The position numbers and the translations under genes were made by a program. From an uncultured Rivularia sp. (GTDB lineage: Bacteria; Cyanobacteriota; Cyanobacteriia; Cyanobacteriales; Nostocaceae), in NCBI GenBank assembly GCA_963665115.1, contig OY762007.1, positions 384,001-448,000 of the forward strand: a stretch of 64,000 nt of DNA, given 5' to 3'. The notes beneath the pieces are model-generated. The model was not told the origin of the DNA, searched no databases, and saw nothing but the letters and a program-made list of their open reading frames with translations. This document shows, one piece after another, positions 42,708-53,903 of this stretch; position 1 is the stretch's first letter, and the number at the start of each line of letters is the position of its first letter.

Positions 42708-43226
42708 ATGTTAGATGCATTCGCAAAAGTTGTTTCTCAAGCTGACTCTAGAGGTGAATTCTTGAGCGGGGAGCAGTTAGATGCTCTAAGCAACATGATT
42801 AAAGACGGAAACAAGCGCTTGGATGCTGTTAACCGCATCACCAGTAGTGCTTCTCAAATCGTTACTGATGCTGCTCGTGCATTGTTTGAAGAAGAGCCTC
42901 AGTTGATTGCTCCTGGTGGTAACGCTTACACCAACCGTCGCATGGCTGCTTGCTTGCGCGACATGGAAATCATCTTGCGCTATGTTACCTATTCCATGAT
43001 TGCTGGTGACGCTAGCGTGTTAGATGACCGTTGCTTGAATGGTTTGCGCGAAACTTACCAAGCTTTAGGAACTCCCGGTTCTTCAGTAGCTAAGGGCGTT
43101 CAGAAGATGAAAGATACTGCTATCAAGATGGCTAACGACCCCAACGGTATCACAAAGGGCGATTGCAGCCAGTTGATGTCTGAATTGGGTGGCTATTTTG
43201 ACCGTGCTGCTGCTGCGGTTGCTTAA
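42708..43226 (+). CDS. cpcB: C-phycocyanin beta subunit
   Basis: [20 protein letters not shown]. Confidence 0.97.
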   Translation: MLDAFAKVVSQADSRGEFLSGEQLDALSNMIKDGNKRLDAVNRITSSASQIVTDAARALFEEEPQLIAPGGNAYTNRRMAACLRDMEIILRYVTYSMIAGDASVLDDRCLNGLRETYQALGTPGSSVAKGVQKMKDTAIKMANDPNGITKGDCSQLMSELGGYFDRAAAAVA

Positions 43227-43319
43227 GAGCAAAATACTGTTTAAACGCAATTAAGGAAACCCAGAACCGAAAAATCGGTATCTAGGCAAAAAAACAAAGA
43301 ATAAAGGAGATTGTAAGAC

Positions 43320-43808
43320 ATGAAAACACCAATTACCGAAGCAATTGCATCTGCTGATACCCAAGGTCGTTTCTTAAGCAACACCGAATTGCAAGCTGTT
43401 AACGGTCGTTTTGACCGCGCTGCCGCTAGCATGGAAGCTGCTCGTAGCTTGACTTCTCAAGCTCAGAAGTTAATTGATGGCGCAGCTCAAGCTGTGTATC
43501 AGAAATTTCCTTACACCACTCAGATGCAGGGACCTCAGTTTGCTGCTGATTCTCGTGGTAAGTCCAAGTGCGCTCGCGATGTCGGTCACTACCTACGCAT
43601 GGTAACTTATTGCCTAGTAGCTGGTGGAACAGGTCCTATGGACGAGTATTTGATTGCAGGTTTGGATGAAATCAACCGTTCTTTTGAATTGTCTCCTAGC
43701 TGGTATGTAGAAGCTTTGAAGAACATCAAAGGAAACCACGGTTTGAGCGGCCAAGCTGCTAACGAAGCTAACACCTACATCGACTATGCAATCAACGCTT
43801 TAAGCTAG
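43320..43808 (+). CDS. cpcA: C-phycocyanin alpha subunit
   Basis: [28 protein letters not shown]. Confidence 0.97.
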   Translation: MKTPITEAIASADTQGRFLSNTELQAVNGRFDRAAASMEAARSLTSQAQKLIDGAAQAVYQKFPYTTQMQGPQFAADSRGKSKCARDVGHYLRMVTYCLVAGGTGPMDEYLIAGLDEINRSFELSPSWYVEALKNIKGNHGLSGQAANEANTYIDYAINALS

Positions 43809-43817
43809 TAAGCGTTC

Positions 43818-43883
43818 TGCCCGGAGAGTGATGCGAGTGCTGGATGGGTTTTATCACCTAGCAGTTGTATTGGTCTCCGGGCA
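43818..43883 (+). terminator. Stem-loop after cpcA
   Basis: TGCCCGGAGA...TCTCCGGGCA stem. Confidence 0.7.
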
Positions 43884-43969
43884 TTGTTTTAAGCTTTTTT
43901 CAAGCAAATAAAAAAATTTATCAAAAATCGCTTCATCGGTAAGCGTAAAAATAAAGGGAATAAATAGTA

Positions 43970-44830
43970 ATGGCAATTACATCAGCAGCATCTAGGCTGG
44001 GAACAGAAGCCTTTGATGACTTACCAAAAGTTGAATTACGCTCTAACGCTACGAAGGATGATATAGAAGCTGTAATTCGTGCGGTATATCGGCAGCTTTT
44101 GGGAAATGATTATTTAATGGCTGTGGAACGACTCAAAAGTGCGGAGTCACTTTTGCGCGATGGTAACATGACCGTCCGCGAGTTTGTTCGTGCAGTAGCT
44201 AAGTCGGAATTGTATAAGAATAAGTTTTTCTACAACAATTTCCAAACTCGATTTATCGAACTAAATTACAAGCATTTATTAGGTCGCGCTCCTTACGATG
44301 AGTCAGAAGTGAGCTACCACAACGATTTGTATCATAACGAAGGGTACGACGTTGACATAGACTCTTATATTGACTCTATGGAGTACACCGAAAATTTTGG
44401 TGATAATATAGTACCATTTTATCGCGGATTTGCAACTCAATCGGGACAGAAAACTGTCGGTTTTAATCGAATGTTCCGTTTATACCGGGGTTATGCAAAT
44501 AGCGATAACGCTCAGGTAGAAGGAAACAAGTCCCGTTTGGCAAGGGAATTAGGAACCAATAGTTCATCTTCAATTGTGGGACCATCAGGTAGTAACAGTA
44601 ACTGGAACTACCGTGCAACTAACGATGTATCTCCTAGAAGAAATGTAGGTAATGCAGTAGGAGTAGGCGATCGTTCATATCGCATCGAAGTAACAGGTCA
44701 GCTTTTCCCCAAATATCCTAAAACAAGACGCAGCAGTTACGCCATCGTCGTACCTTACGAACGGCTATCAGATAAGATGCAGCAAATTGTTCGTCAAGGC
44801 GGGAAGATTGTTAGCGTAACGCCAGCTTAG
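43970..44830 (+). CDS. cpcC: Phycocyanin rod linker
   Basis: [41 protein letters not shown]. Confidence 0.96.
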   Translation: MAITSAASRLGTEAFDDLPKVELRSNATKDDIEAVIRAVYRQLLGNDYLMAVERLKSAESLLRDGNMTVREFVRAVAKSELYKNKFFYNNFQTRFIELNYKHLLGRAPYDESEVSYHNDLYHNEGYDVDIDSYIDSMEYTENFGDNIVPFYRGFATQSGQKTVGFNRMFRLYRGYANSDNAQVEGNKSRLARELGTNSSSSIVGPSGSNSNWNYRATNDVSPRRNVGNAVGVGDRSYRIEVTGQLFPKYPKTRRSSYAIVVPYERLSDKMQQIVRQGGKIVSVTPA

Positions 44831-45006
44831 GAAGAGGTAGGGAGATGGGGGGACAAGGAGACAGGGAGACAAGGAAATTTTTTTGACGGGGTAGAAAGGG
44901 TAGAGGGGATAGAAATAAAAATCCTAACTCCTAACTCTTTACTCCTCACTCCTAACTCTTTGAATCCAAAATCTAAAATCTAAAATCCTAATGAGGGAGT
45001 AATTCA

Positions 45007-45291
45007 ATGTACGGACAGACAACAGTTGGCACTAATGGAATTTCTAGTGCTAAAAGCCGGATGTTTCGTTATGAAGTTGTAGGTTTACGTCAGAACGAAC
45101 AGACAGATAAAAATAATTATCAAATTCGCCGCAGCGGTAGCGTATTCGTGACGGTACCATACAATCGGATGAACGAGGAAATGCAGCGAATTACCCGTAT
45201 GGGTGGCAAGATTGTCAATATTGAGCAAGTTACTGCTGAATCTGCACTTAAGCCTGATAGCGAATCTAACGTTAAGAAAAAGAAAAAATAG
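45007..45291 (+). CDS. cpcD: Rod-capping linker
   Basis: SRMFRYEVVGLRQ...VPYNRMNEEMQRITRMGGKIV. Confidence 0.95.
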   Translation: MYGQTTVGTNGISSAKSRMFRYEVVGLRQNEQTDKNNYQIRRSGSVFVTVPYNRMNEEMQRITRMGGKIVNIEQVTAESALKPDSESNVKKKKK

Positions 45292-45299
45292 TATTGGCG

Positions 45300-46148
45300 A
45301 TGATTAGTGAACCGAGCGCAGAAGAACATTCGGCAGAGAATGCAGCACCGCTAACAAAGCAGCAAGCAATTGTTAATCTGCAATGTTCGGATTTAAGTCT
45401 TCGCTATTATGCTGCTTGGTGGTTGGGTAAGTTTCGCGTCAATAGTCCGGAAGTCGTTGATGCCTTGATTGCAGCCTTAGAAGATAAAGCCGATCGCACT
45501 GAATTGGGAGGCTACCCTCTAAGACGTAATGCTGCAAGAGCGTTAGGTAAATTAAGCGATAACCGAGCCGTACCGGGTTTAATTAAATGCTTGGAATGCT
45601 CGGATTTTTACGTGCGTGAGGCAGCAGCCCAATCTTTAGAAATGCTTGGCGATGCAAGGGCTATTCCTGCGCTATTACAGCTATTAGATGGGGGTGTTGC
45701 AGCAGCCGTAAAAGTACCCGGAAGACCTCACTTAATCCAGCCTTACGAAGCAGTATTAGAAGCTTTAGGAGCAATCGGTGCTACTGTTGACCAAAATACT
45801 ATTGAACTCATTGAACTCATTGAGCCATTTCTCGAACACTCGGTAATTAAAGTGCAGTGCGCCGCCGCTAGAGCAATGTATCAATTAACAAGCAAACCAG
45901 AATATGGAGAGCGTTTGGTACAAGTATTGCAAAACAGCGATTTGAAATTGCGTCGCATGGCATTAAGCGATTTGGGTGCTGTAGGGTATATGGAAGCAGC
46001 AGATAAAATTGCTCGCGCCTCTGTTGAAAACAGCTTTAAGCTTATAGCTCTTAAAGGTTTGCTTGAACATCAACTTCAAGGCGGAGATGTAAACACCCTC
46101 AACGACAACACCATCAAATTAATGCAAATAATGGATTCGCTTTTATAA
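45300..46148 (+). CDS. cpcE: Phycocyanin alpha-subunit PCB lyase subunit
   Basis: LRYYAAWWLGKF; DRTELGGYPLRRNAARALG. Confidence 0.95.
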   Translation: MISEPSAEEHSAENAAPLTKQQAIVNLQCSDLSLRYYAAWWLGKFRVNSPEVVDALIAALEDKADRTELGGYPLRRNAARALGKLSDNRAVPGLIKCLECSDFYVREAAAQSLEMLGDARAIPALLQLLDGGVAAAVKVPGRPHLIQPYEAVLEALGAIGATVDQNTIELIELIEPFLEHSVIKVQCAAARAMYQLTSKPEYGERLVQVLQNSDLKLRRMALSDLGAVGYMEAADKIARASVENSFKLIALKGLLEHQLQGGDVNTLNDNTIKLMQIMDSLL

Positions 46149-46181
46149 GTATTAATTGTTAGTGGATAATGGTTAATGAGT

Positions 46182-46206
46182 GTAGAGACGTAGCAATGCT
46201 ACGTCT
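46182..46206. repeat. REP-like palindrome
   Basis: GTAGAGACGTAGCAATGCTACGTCT. Confidence 0.8.
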
Positions 46207-46415
46207 TATCCACATTTATTGAAATAACAAAAATTAAAGACGAACAGGGATGCTTATTCCACAAGAAGTAACCCAAAGAAACCCAATTTCTTTTTGTGAA
46301 AACATGAATATTCATTCCCTTGTGCAATCAACAAAAAATCAGGTTTCTAACACTAACTCCTAACTTCCAATTCTTAACAAAAAAAATTTAATCTAAAATC
46401 CAAAATCTAAAATCC

Positions 46416-47036
46416 ATGAACTCCGACACCCAAAACTTAATTCGCGCGATCGCCGATGCTGATTCGTCAGAGGGAATGGTGTCGGCAGTACAGAACCTAG
46501 TTGCCGTAAAAGATGCAGCAGCAATACCTAATTTAATCGCTGTATTTGGATACAACAATCCCGCAGCAGCAGCGATCGCCGTTAAAGGATTGATAGAGTT
46601 AGGAGAAACAGCAGTACCGCAACTGCTCGAACAAATTGATGAATATAACTATGGCGCGAGAGCTTATTCAATTCGCTCCTTAGCAGCAATTGCTCACCCC
46701 GATGCCTTAGAGTTATTGTTAGAAGCTGCTGAAACAGACTTTGCTCCTAGCGTGCGCCGCGCTGCTGCTAAGGGCTTGGGCTGCTTGCAATGGCACAAGC
46801 TGGATGATTCAGAACAGGCTACCGCCACTAGAAAAGCACTTTCTACCCTGCTCTCAATTACTCAAGATGCAGACTGGGCTATTCGTTACGCTGCTGTTGT
46901 TGGTTTACAGGAATTAGCAAAAATTCCTAGTTTACACTCAGAAATTGAAGAGAGATTTTCCCTAATGCGTGCAAACGATGCTGAAGCAGCCGTTCGCGCT
47001 CGCGTAGCGCTAGCTCATCAAACACTTGCCAGTTAA
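46416..47036 (+). CDS. cpcF: Phycocyanin alpha-subunit PCB lyase subunit
   Basis: FGYNNPAAA; YNYGARAYSIRSLA; DFAPSVRRAAAKGLG. Confidence 0.95.
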   Translation: MNSDTQNLIRAIADADSSEGMVSAVQNLVAVKDAAAIPNLIAVFGYNNPAAAAIAVKGLIELGETAVPQLLEQIDEYNYGARAYSIRSLAAIAHPDALELLLEAAETDFAPSVRRAAAKGLGCLQWHKLDDSEQATATRKALSTLLSITQDADWAIRYAAVVGLQELAKIPSLHSEIEERFSLMRANDAEAAVRARVALAHQTLAS

Positions 47037-47148
47037 TAAAAAGCGCCTTTTTTTGGAAATTGGGGAGATTCCGAGGCTTAAAATACTATATTTTTTCATT
47101 AAGAAACACGTAATTATTACAAATGTTCAACTACATAAAATAACACTT

Positions 47149-47991
47149 ATGTCAATACCCGTACTTGAATATAGACCCAGTTCTCAAAACCAGCGTGTCG
47201 AAGGCTACGAAGTGCCTAGCGAAGACACGCCAGTAATGTATAGATTGCGTGACGCTACTTCAGATCAAGACATCGATCAAATTATCTGGGCGGGCTATCG
47301 TCAAATCTTCAGCGAACATTTGATATTGGAAACATATCGGCAACCTTACTTAGAATCGCAAATGCGAAATCGGGCGATTAACGTCAGCGATTTTATCCGA
47401 GGCTTAGGAAAAACCAGTGTTTACTGGGAAGAAGTGGCAGAAACAAATTCTAACTATCGCTTAGTTGATATCAGCTTCAAGCGATTTTTAGGGCGTGCTA
47501 CCTATAACAAAAAAGAGCAAATCGCTTGGTCAATTATTATTGCCACCAAAGGCTTGCATGGATTTATTGACGCTTTGATAGACAGCGACGAATACCGTGA
47601 GAACTTCGGTAACGACATCGTACCCTACCAACGCCGTCGCTACGAAGGCAGACCTTTCAACTTAGTAAATCCCCGTTACGGTGCAGACTTCCGCAACCGT
47701 TTGTCCATGCGGAATTACGGAGGTGCTTCTTACTATACCGCGCGTACTTCTGGAGGATACGCAACCGGAGACGAAATTCGCAAAGTCATTCCCAGCAACT
47801 TTATGGCAATGGCTGGTAGCGTAGCAACCGACGAACGGAACTATCAAAGAACAATTGCCACAGTAACTTCTCAAGTGAGAAACATGGAGATTCCCGACAT
47901 GACACGCGAATCTACCACACCTCAAGTCAGCATCAAGCCTGTAGAAGTTGCTTTACCTTATCGCTACGTACCTGGAAGGAAGACTACGTAA
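47149..47991 (+). CDS. cpcG1: Rod-core linker (CpcG1-like, 280 aa)
   Basis: MSIPVLEYRPSSQNQRVEGYEV; C-terminal VALPYRYVP. ATG 47149 is preferred over the TTG at 47026. Confidence 0.9.
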   Translation: MSIPVLEYRPSSQNQRVEGYEVPSEDTPVMYRLRDATSDQDIDQIIWAGYRQIFSEHLILETYRQPYLESQMRNRAINVSDFIRGLGKTSVYWEEVAETNSNYRLVDISFKRFLGRATYNKKEQIAWSIIIATKGLHGFIDALIDSDEYRENFGNDIVPYQRRRYEGRPFNLVNPRYGADFRNRLSMRNYGGASYYTARTSGGYATGDEIRKVIPSNFMAMAGSVATDERNYQRTIATVTSQVRNMEIPDMTRESTTPQVSIKPVEVALPYRYVPGRKTT

Positions 47992-48144
47992 GAGAGATGG
48001 GGAGAAATTTTTAGAGTAGTGAGTAAAGAGTAGTGAGTAAAAAGTTTAATTTACCAGCTACTTGCAACTCATAACTCATAACTCTCTACTCATTCTTAAC
48101 TCCTAACTCCTAACCTTTGACCTTTAACCTATTCTTAGATAATC

Positions 48145-48885
48145 ATGTCAATCCCACTATTGCAATACAAACCCAGTTCTCAAAACCAGCGCGTTGATGG
48201 TTATGAGGTTTCGGGCGAGGATACACCAAAAATTTATCGGTTGGAAGATTCTCCTACCTATAGCGATATTCAGCAATTAATTTGGGCGGGATATCGTCAA
48301 GTATTCAGCGAACACGAAATACTCAAGTTCTACCGCCAAGAAAATCTCGAATCTCAGTTGAAAAATCGGGCGATTACCACACGCGATTTTATTAGAGGTT
48401 TGGCAAAATCTGAACCATTTCGACGCTTGGTAGTTGAGACAAATAATAACTATCGCGTTGTCGAAATCTGTCTCAAACGTCTTTTAGGACGTGCCCCTTA
48501 TAATAAAGAGGAAGAAATTGCTTGGTCAATTAAGATTGCTACTTTAGGTTGGGGCAACTTTGTTGATGCTTTGATTGATTCGGAAGAATATTTGACTAAT
48601 TTTGGAGAAAATACGATTCCCTATCAACGTCGCCGTTACAAAGGTAGACCATTTAACCTAGTAACTCCTCGCTACGCCGACTATTGGCGGGATAAACAAG
48701 AAGAAAGTCGCTACAAATGGGGAGATATCAATAATTTCATGGATATGGCAAGTTCGGCTTCTATTAAAACAGTTAAGCCTCAGTCAATTAGCACCGCCAA
48801 TATCGAAATTCCCGACATGACAAAAGAAAGCAAACCAGAAGGAATTCCGGTTTCTATCAGTACTACGGCGAGTTTTCCCTTGTAA
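48145..48885 (+). CDS. cpcG2: Rod-core linker (CpcG2-like)
   Basis: [34 protein letters not shown]; ends ASFPL. Confidence 0.9.
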   Translation: MSIPLLQYKPSSQNQRVDGYEVSGEDTPKIYRLEDSPTYSDIQQLIWAGYRQVFSEHEILKFYRQENLESQLKNRAITTRDFIRGLAKSEPFRRLVVETNNNYRVVEICLKRLLGRAPYNKEEEIAWSIKIATLGWGNFVDALIDSEEYLTNFGENTIPYQRRRYKGRPFNLVTPRYADYWRDKQEESRYKWGDINNFMDMASSASIKTVKPQSISTANIEIPDMTKESKPEGIPVSISTTASFPL

Positions 48886-48970
48886 TAATTACTTAATTGT
48901 GACCTGAATAAGGGAAAATAAGTAATAAGACTTGATTCGATCGTTTAATAAAATTAGAGGATAATTGCAG

Positions 48971-49729
48971 ATGGCATTGCCATTACTTCAATACAAACCC
49001 ACAACTCAAAACCAAAGAGTTGAAAGCTTTGGTAAAGCTGACAGAAGCGAAGATACACCGTATATCTATCGTTTAGAAGACGTAGGTTCCTACACCGATA
49101 TTCAAAACATCATTTGGGCTGGATATCGTCAAGTTTTCAGCGAACATGAAATTCTCAGCTTTAACCGACAAAAGAATTTGGAATCTCAGTTGAAAAACGG
49201 TTCCATTACAGTACGCGACTTTATTCGTGGTTTAGCCCAGTCTGAAGCTTTTTACCGCATAGTTGTCGAAGTTAACAACAACTATCGCTTAGTAGATATC
49301 TGTCTCAGACGTTTGTTAGGTCGTAAAGCTTATAACAAAGACGAACAAATTGCTTGGTCAATCAAAATTGCGACTCTAGGCTTTAGCGGTTTTGTTAATG
49401 CCTTGGTGGATAGTGAAGAGTACACTGATAATTTCGGCGATACCATCGTACCTTACCAGCGCAAACGCATGGAAGGTCGTCCTTTCAACTTGGTAACTCC
49501 TCGTTACGACGAAGACTTCCGAGAAACCGCTGGAACCGTCAAAACCGACTGGCGCTTTACCTTGGATAAATTCTACTCCGAGAAAGCTAAAAACCAGCGA
49601 CTATCCGAAGGCGACCCTCGTAAATATGCTGACATGGCAGCCACTGTTAGCAATAAAGGTAACTACGCTCAAACCATTAAGGCTTCCAGCTTAGATTACT
49701 TAAACTTAGTACCTTCTCGTACTCGTTAA
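48971..49729 (+). CDS. cpcG4: Rod-core linker (CpcG4-like)
   Basis: [35 protein letters not shown]; hydrophilic C-terminus. Confidence 0.85.
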   Translation: MALPLLQYKPTTQNQRVESFGKADRSEDTPYIYRLEDVGSYTDIQNIIWAGYRQVFSEHEILSFNRQKNLESQLKNGSITVRDFIRGLAQSEAFYRIVVEVNNNYRLVDICLRRLLGRKAYNKDEQIAWSIKIATLGFSGFVNALVDSEEYTDNFGDTIVPYQRKRMEGRPFNLVTPRYDEDFRETAGTVKTDWRFTLDKFYSEKAKNQRLSEGDPRKYADMAATVSNKGNYAQTIKASSLDYLNLVPSRTR

Positions 49730-49986
49730 GACAACAAAGGCTTCTGAGTTTTCAATTTTCAAAAATAAATAACACCTTTATACTGGGTTTAATTTTTGTT
49801 TTAATACAGCAGTTATTTAGTAATTTTTTGTTAAATAGCTGTTGCATTAAGTAGAAATTAAGCCCAGTAGTTTTTTCAATGAACAATTATCAATTATCAA
49901 TAATTTTAGGGTGTGCTACGGCACAACTATTTTTATTTGAGGTAATAATATTTGTGTCGTAACGCATCATAACGCTGTGTAGATAA

Positions 49987-50304
49987 TCAAAGTTTTTCTG
50001 GATAAAAAATAAAAAGAGTGCAGCCTGTTTTTGACTGAGGAACATGACTCGAACCTATCGGGTGATGAATAAATGTGCCTTCCGAGTAATCACGAATGCC
50101 ATCATTGAATACTCCATTCATTACAAAGACTTCTTCTGAGTTGTCTTGATGAAAATCAACTCCTTCCCACTGAGCGCCAGGTTCAATTTCAACGATAACT
50201 GCCTGCGCTCCCGCTTTACCCTGCCAGAGTTGACGCACGCGAATCCCCTTAAAAACTTCTTGAGCGGGACTATCTTTCCTATTTGACCAAACAATTGCGT
50301 TCAT
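49987..50304 (-). CDS. ChrR-like cupin domain protein
   Basis: EEVFVMNGVFNDG..YSEGTFIHHPIGSSHVPQS..GCTLFI; divergent from LysR. Confidence 0.82.
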   Translation of the reverse strand: MNAIVWSNRKDSPAQEVFKGIRVRQLWQGKAGAQAVIVEIEPGAQWEGVDFHQDNSEEVFVMNGVFNDGIRDYSEGTFIHHPIGSSHVPQSKTGCTLFIFYPEKL

Positions 50305-50331
50305 TAAAATACTTTCCTATCGGCTTTTATT

Positions 50332-50460
50332 TAAGTAGGTGAACAAAAATATTTACCGTCATTATTCGCTGCGCGAAGTAATCCCAACCCTTGCGATTGC
50401 TTCGTTTCACTCCGTTCAACTCGCAATGACAATGTGTAATTAATTTTGTTTAATTACTTA
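50332..50460. repeat. MITE-like element (TAAGTAGGTGAACAAAA...TTTTGTTTAATTACTTA) with GTCATT...GAAGTAATC/GATTGCTTC...GCAATGAC core
   Basis: Imperfect terminal inverted repeats and an internal palindrome in the cupin-LysR intergenic region. Confidence 0.55.
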
Positions 50461-50541
50461 TTTAGAGCTTAAGCTGCTACCATTTATTTGTCAAAATGAA
50501 TTAACTGAATCCTTTATTCATTTTTACTGATAACATCAATT

Positions 50542-51444
50542 ATGGAATTCCGTCACCTGCAAACATTTCAAGCGATTATCAAAGAGGGTAGCTTTTTGAA
50601 AGCTGCCGAGAAACTTCAGTACGCACAATCCACAATTACACTGCATATTCAACAGCTAGAAGCGGAGTTAGGAGTGAAACTGTTCTCTCGTCATGGAAAA
50701 CGTATAGACTTAACTGTTGCTGGTAGAACACTTCAGGTAAACGCCGATCAATTACTTTATCGAGCGGCTAAGTTGCAACAGACTATGGCTGAGCTAGTAT
50801 CGGGTGAAGCTGGATATTTAAGAATTGGATCGATTGAACCTGTTGCGAGCGTGTATTTGCCTTCGATATTGGTACAGTTTTGTCGCGAGTATCCTAAAGT
50901 TCGTCTGACATTAGAAGTAGGTGTTACTCAAGTTGTTAGTCAACGTGTAGCTAGTGGAGTTCTTGATTTAGCAATTTGTTCTCCTCCATCTGCGAATTTA
51001 GGCTTACCTTTTGAATTACTATTTCAAGATCCGATTGCATTATTAATTCCAGAAAACCATCCACTTGCTGCTAGCAAGAATATTTCACTATCTTCTTTAG
51101 CTCAAGAGCGGTTAATTCTTACTGAGGAACACTGTCCTTATCGCAACATTTTAGAGAAAGCCTTGCTTCCTCATGGGATTAATCCCTTTTCAGGCATTGA
51201 AATCGTCAGCTTGGAAGCACTCAAACAAATGGTAATATATGGACTAGGAATTGGCGTAATGCCTGCTGCCGCAATTTCTCCAACTCCATCAGGTACAATT
51301 ACTCAGACAATTTCAGGACTAGACTTAAAATTACCAGTTGGCATTGTGATTCATCCAGAGAATAGATTACCTGGTTCGGTTCTACATTCGCTCTTCTCGG
51401 CTTTAATCAATGGATTGAAAGAACCTTACTTGAATAAGACTTAA
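50542..51444 (+). CDS. LysR-family transcriptional regulator
   Basis: GSFLKAAEKLQYAQSTITLHIQQLEAELGVKLFSR. Confidence 0.95.
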   Translation: MEFRHLQTFQAIIKEGSFLKAAEKLQYAQSTITLHIQQLEAELGVKLFSRHGKRIDLTVAGRTLQVNADQLLYRAAKLQQTMAELVSGEAGYLRIGSIEPVASVYLPSILVQFCREYPKVRLTLEVGVTQVVSQRVASGVLDLAICSPPSANLGLPFELLFQDPIALLIPENHPLAASKNISLSSLAQERLILTEEHCPYRNILEKALLPHGINPFSGIEIVSLEALKQMVIYGLGIGVMPAAAISPTPSGTITQTISGLDLKLPVGIVIHPENRLPGSVLHSLFSALINGLKEPYLNKT

Positions 51445-51531
51445 GAATAGTCTTCAAATTACTGTATCTAGCAACACGTCTAATTTGATTTAATTACAGC
51501 TATTCAAACTAACCTAATATTATTCAATAAA

Positions 51532-52149
51532 ATGTCTACCATCGAAATCACTCGTTTAAATACGAAAGATACAGAAAATGTTGTTGAAATCTTTTTAACT
51601 ACCTTTGAGAATTACCCACTTATGGAATTTTTCTTTGGCGATAAATATAAGCAATCGATGAAATATCTGATAGAATCGATGTGCGATGAAACATCTATAG
51701 CTGACAACTTTCTTTTGGGTGGTTTTGTGGAAGGAAAATTACAAGGGGTTGCTTTTATAACACCTCCACAAAAGCCGAAGAATAATCAAGAGATGGAAAG
51801 CATAACATCAGATTCAGAAGAAGAATTCGCAAAAGCAATTGGAGAAGAAGCTCTGATGCGAATAGAAGCATACTCTAATCTTAAAAAGGCAAATAAACCA
51901 TCTTCTCCTCATTTCTACATCAATGCTCTCGGTGTACATCCGCAAAGTCAAGGAAAAGGGATTGGTAAAGCAATTCTTTCACAAGTGCATGAGATGTCAG
52001 AGCAAGATTATGATTCTCAAGGGGTTGCTCTCGATACTCAAACACTAGAAAATGTAGGCTATTACCAACGTTTTGGTTATGATGTTTCTACCACAGCAGA
52101 ATTAGAAAACGTAAAAAATTGGTTTATGCTTAGACGCAATTTGAAATGA
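51532..52149 (+). CDS. GNAT-family N-acetyltransferase
   Basis: YINALGVHPQSQGKGIGKAIL; NVGYYQRFGY. Confidence 0.9.
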   Translation: MSTIEITRLNTKDTENVVEIFLTTFENYPLMEFFFGDKYKQSMKYLIESMCDETSIADNFLLGGFVEGKLQGVAFITPPQKPKNNQEMESITSDSEEEFAKAIGEEALMRIEAYSNLKKANKPSSPHFYINALGVHPQSQGKGIGKAILSQVHEMSEQDYDSQGVALDTQTLENVGYYQRFGYDVSTTAELENVKNWFMLRRNLK

Positions 52150-52252
52150 TTAATAAATTCATGTTAGCAGGTTTCTAGTAGCGCTTCAGCCCCTCCGATA
52201 AGATGCGCTGAAGCGCTACTACGAACCATCATTTATATATATAAAGTCATAT

Positions 52253-52963
52253 ATGTCCAACTCATACCAAATTACAGACAAATTATTTCAGAATTGGCAT
52301 GAATTACTGCAAAATTTCGATATTAATCAAACTGCTGCGGAAAAAACTTTTACTCAAATAGTTGCAGCTTACTCTACTCCAAATCGCTACTATCACAATT
52401 TAGAACACATTCATCAGGTTTTAGAAGTAATTCAAACCTTAGCATCTCAAAATGAAGATTTGGAAACCAAAACCGTTCAACTTGCTGCTTGGTTTCATGA
52501 CATAGTTTACGACAGCAAAGCAAAAGATAACGAAGAAAAGAGCGCTGAATATGCTGATGAAGTTCTTTTATCGCTATCAATTCCGTCTGGCGTTATTAAC
52601 AACGTTAAAAGTCTAATTTTAACCACTAAAAATCATCAACCTTTAAAAGGCGTTAAGCGAATCTCTACCGCAGGCGATCGCCGAAACCCCATCCTTACGG
52701 ATGAACGCCATTCCCAAATATTACTTGATGCAGATTTAGCAATTCTGAGCAGCAACCCGAATGAATACAGTAATTATACTCATGCAATTCGTCAAGAATA
52801 TATTTGGGTACCGGAAGTAGAATATATTGCAGCTAGAAAACAAATATTACAAAATTTTTTACAGCGGGAAAATATTTACTTTACCGAATTAATGCAGCAG
52901 ACGAAAGAGGAAATTGCTCGAACTAATTTGGAATCAGAAATAAGGTTAAATGTTAAAGGTTAA
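52253..52963 (+). CDS. HD-superfamily metal-dependent phosphohydrolase
   Basis: RYYHNLEHI; AAWFHDIVYD; DNEEKSA; LLDADLAIL; IRQEY. Confidence 0.88.
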   Translation: MSNSYQITDKLFQNWHELLQNFDINQTAAEKTFTQIVAAYSTPNRYYHNLEHIHQVLEVIQTLASQNEDLETKTVQLAAWFHDIVYDSKAKDNEEKSAEYADEVLLSLSIPSGVINNVKSLILTTKNHQPLKGVKRISTAGDRRNPILTDERHSQILLDADLAILSSNPNEYSNYTHAIRQEYIWVPEVEYIAARKQILQNFLQRENIYFTELMQQTKEEIARTNLESEIRLNVKG

Positions 52964-52977
52964 AGGTTAAATAACTC

Positions 52978-53595
52978 CTAACTCCTAATTCCTAACAATA
53001 AATCTGTCAAAGTATCTGTGATGCGATGACTTTCCATTGGCAAAATATCCGCACCGTGCATCATTTTTTGAGTCATTACGAAGTGAACTAATGAACCAAC
53101 AATAATTCTTGCCGTTGCTTCTGGATCTGATATATCAAGCTCGGTACGAGATGCTAAGTAATGGTGAAGAGTATCTACAGCAGGTTTGACTAAACTTGCA
53201 ACGAAAAATTGACCTATTTCGGGAAAACGCCCGGATTCTCCAATTAATACCCGCATAAACGCTATATATTCATCATCTTGGAGCATCTCGTTCAATACTT
53301 TGACTGCTAACTCATGCAGTACTTTTTTTGGCTCTCCAACTAAATTCTCCGTTCCAAAAACCGATTGAAATCTTTCTTTTGCTAATCTTTCTACTAATGC
53401 CTTGAAAAGCCCTTGTTTATCTTGAAAGTAACTGTAAACAGTTGCTTTAGAAACACCTCCCGACGCTGCAACTCTATCCATGCTCGTACCAGCATAGCCA
53501 TGCACCAAAAATTCCTGCATCGCTCCTTGCAGGATTTGCTCTACTTTGTCTTTTGAATTTTCGGTTTGAGTTTCGCCGAGTTTTAATAGTTTCAT
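52978..53595 (-). CDS. TetR/AcrR-family regulator
   Basis: GYAGTSMDRVAASGGVSKATVYSYFQDKQGLF. Confidence 0.95.
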   Translation of the reverse strand: MKLLKLGETQTENSKDKVEQILQGAMQEFLVHGYAGTSMDRVAASGGVSKATVYSYFQDKQGLFKALVERLAKERFQSVFGTENLVGEPKKVLHELAVKVLNEMLQDDEYIAFMRVLIGESGRFPEIGQFFVASLVKPAVDTLHHYLASRTELDISDPEATARIIVGSLVHFVMTQKMMHGADILPMESHRITDTLTDLLLGIRS

Positions 53596-53828
53596 GTTGA
53601 CGTTGACTTATTTTTAGTTTTAATTGAGCAATTTTATCGAGATGAAGTAAAACACGTGAAAAACCATACAAATGGGGATACTCTTATCTCAGACATTTTC
53701 CCGATTTCTTTACTCTATTTACTAAAAATAAGTGTATTTTCCGAGTAAAATTGGATTATTTTTGCAGCAAAAACCGAGGAATCTGTCAATATAGCTCAGT
53801 CGTGCATCCGTAAAATCTACAATCGGCA

Positions 53829-53852
53829 AAACTAAACTAGTCGGTTTAGTTT
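53829..53852. promoter_or_regulatory. Candidate TetR operator AAACTAAAC-N6-GTTTAGTTT
   Basis: Perfect 9-bp inverted repeat between divergent tetR and devB-like genes, just upstream of a TATTAT -10-like hexamer. Confidence 0.65.
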
Positions 53853-53903
53853 AATTGTATTATAAGTAAGAAATAATAAAAATTCAGTATTTCTTGGGAT
53901 GCC

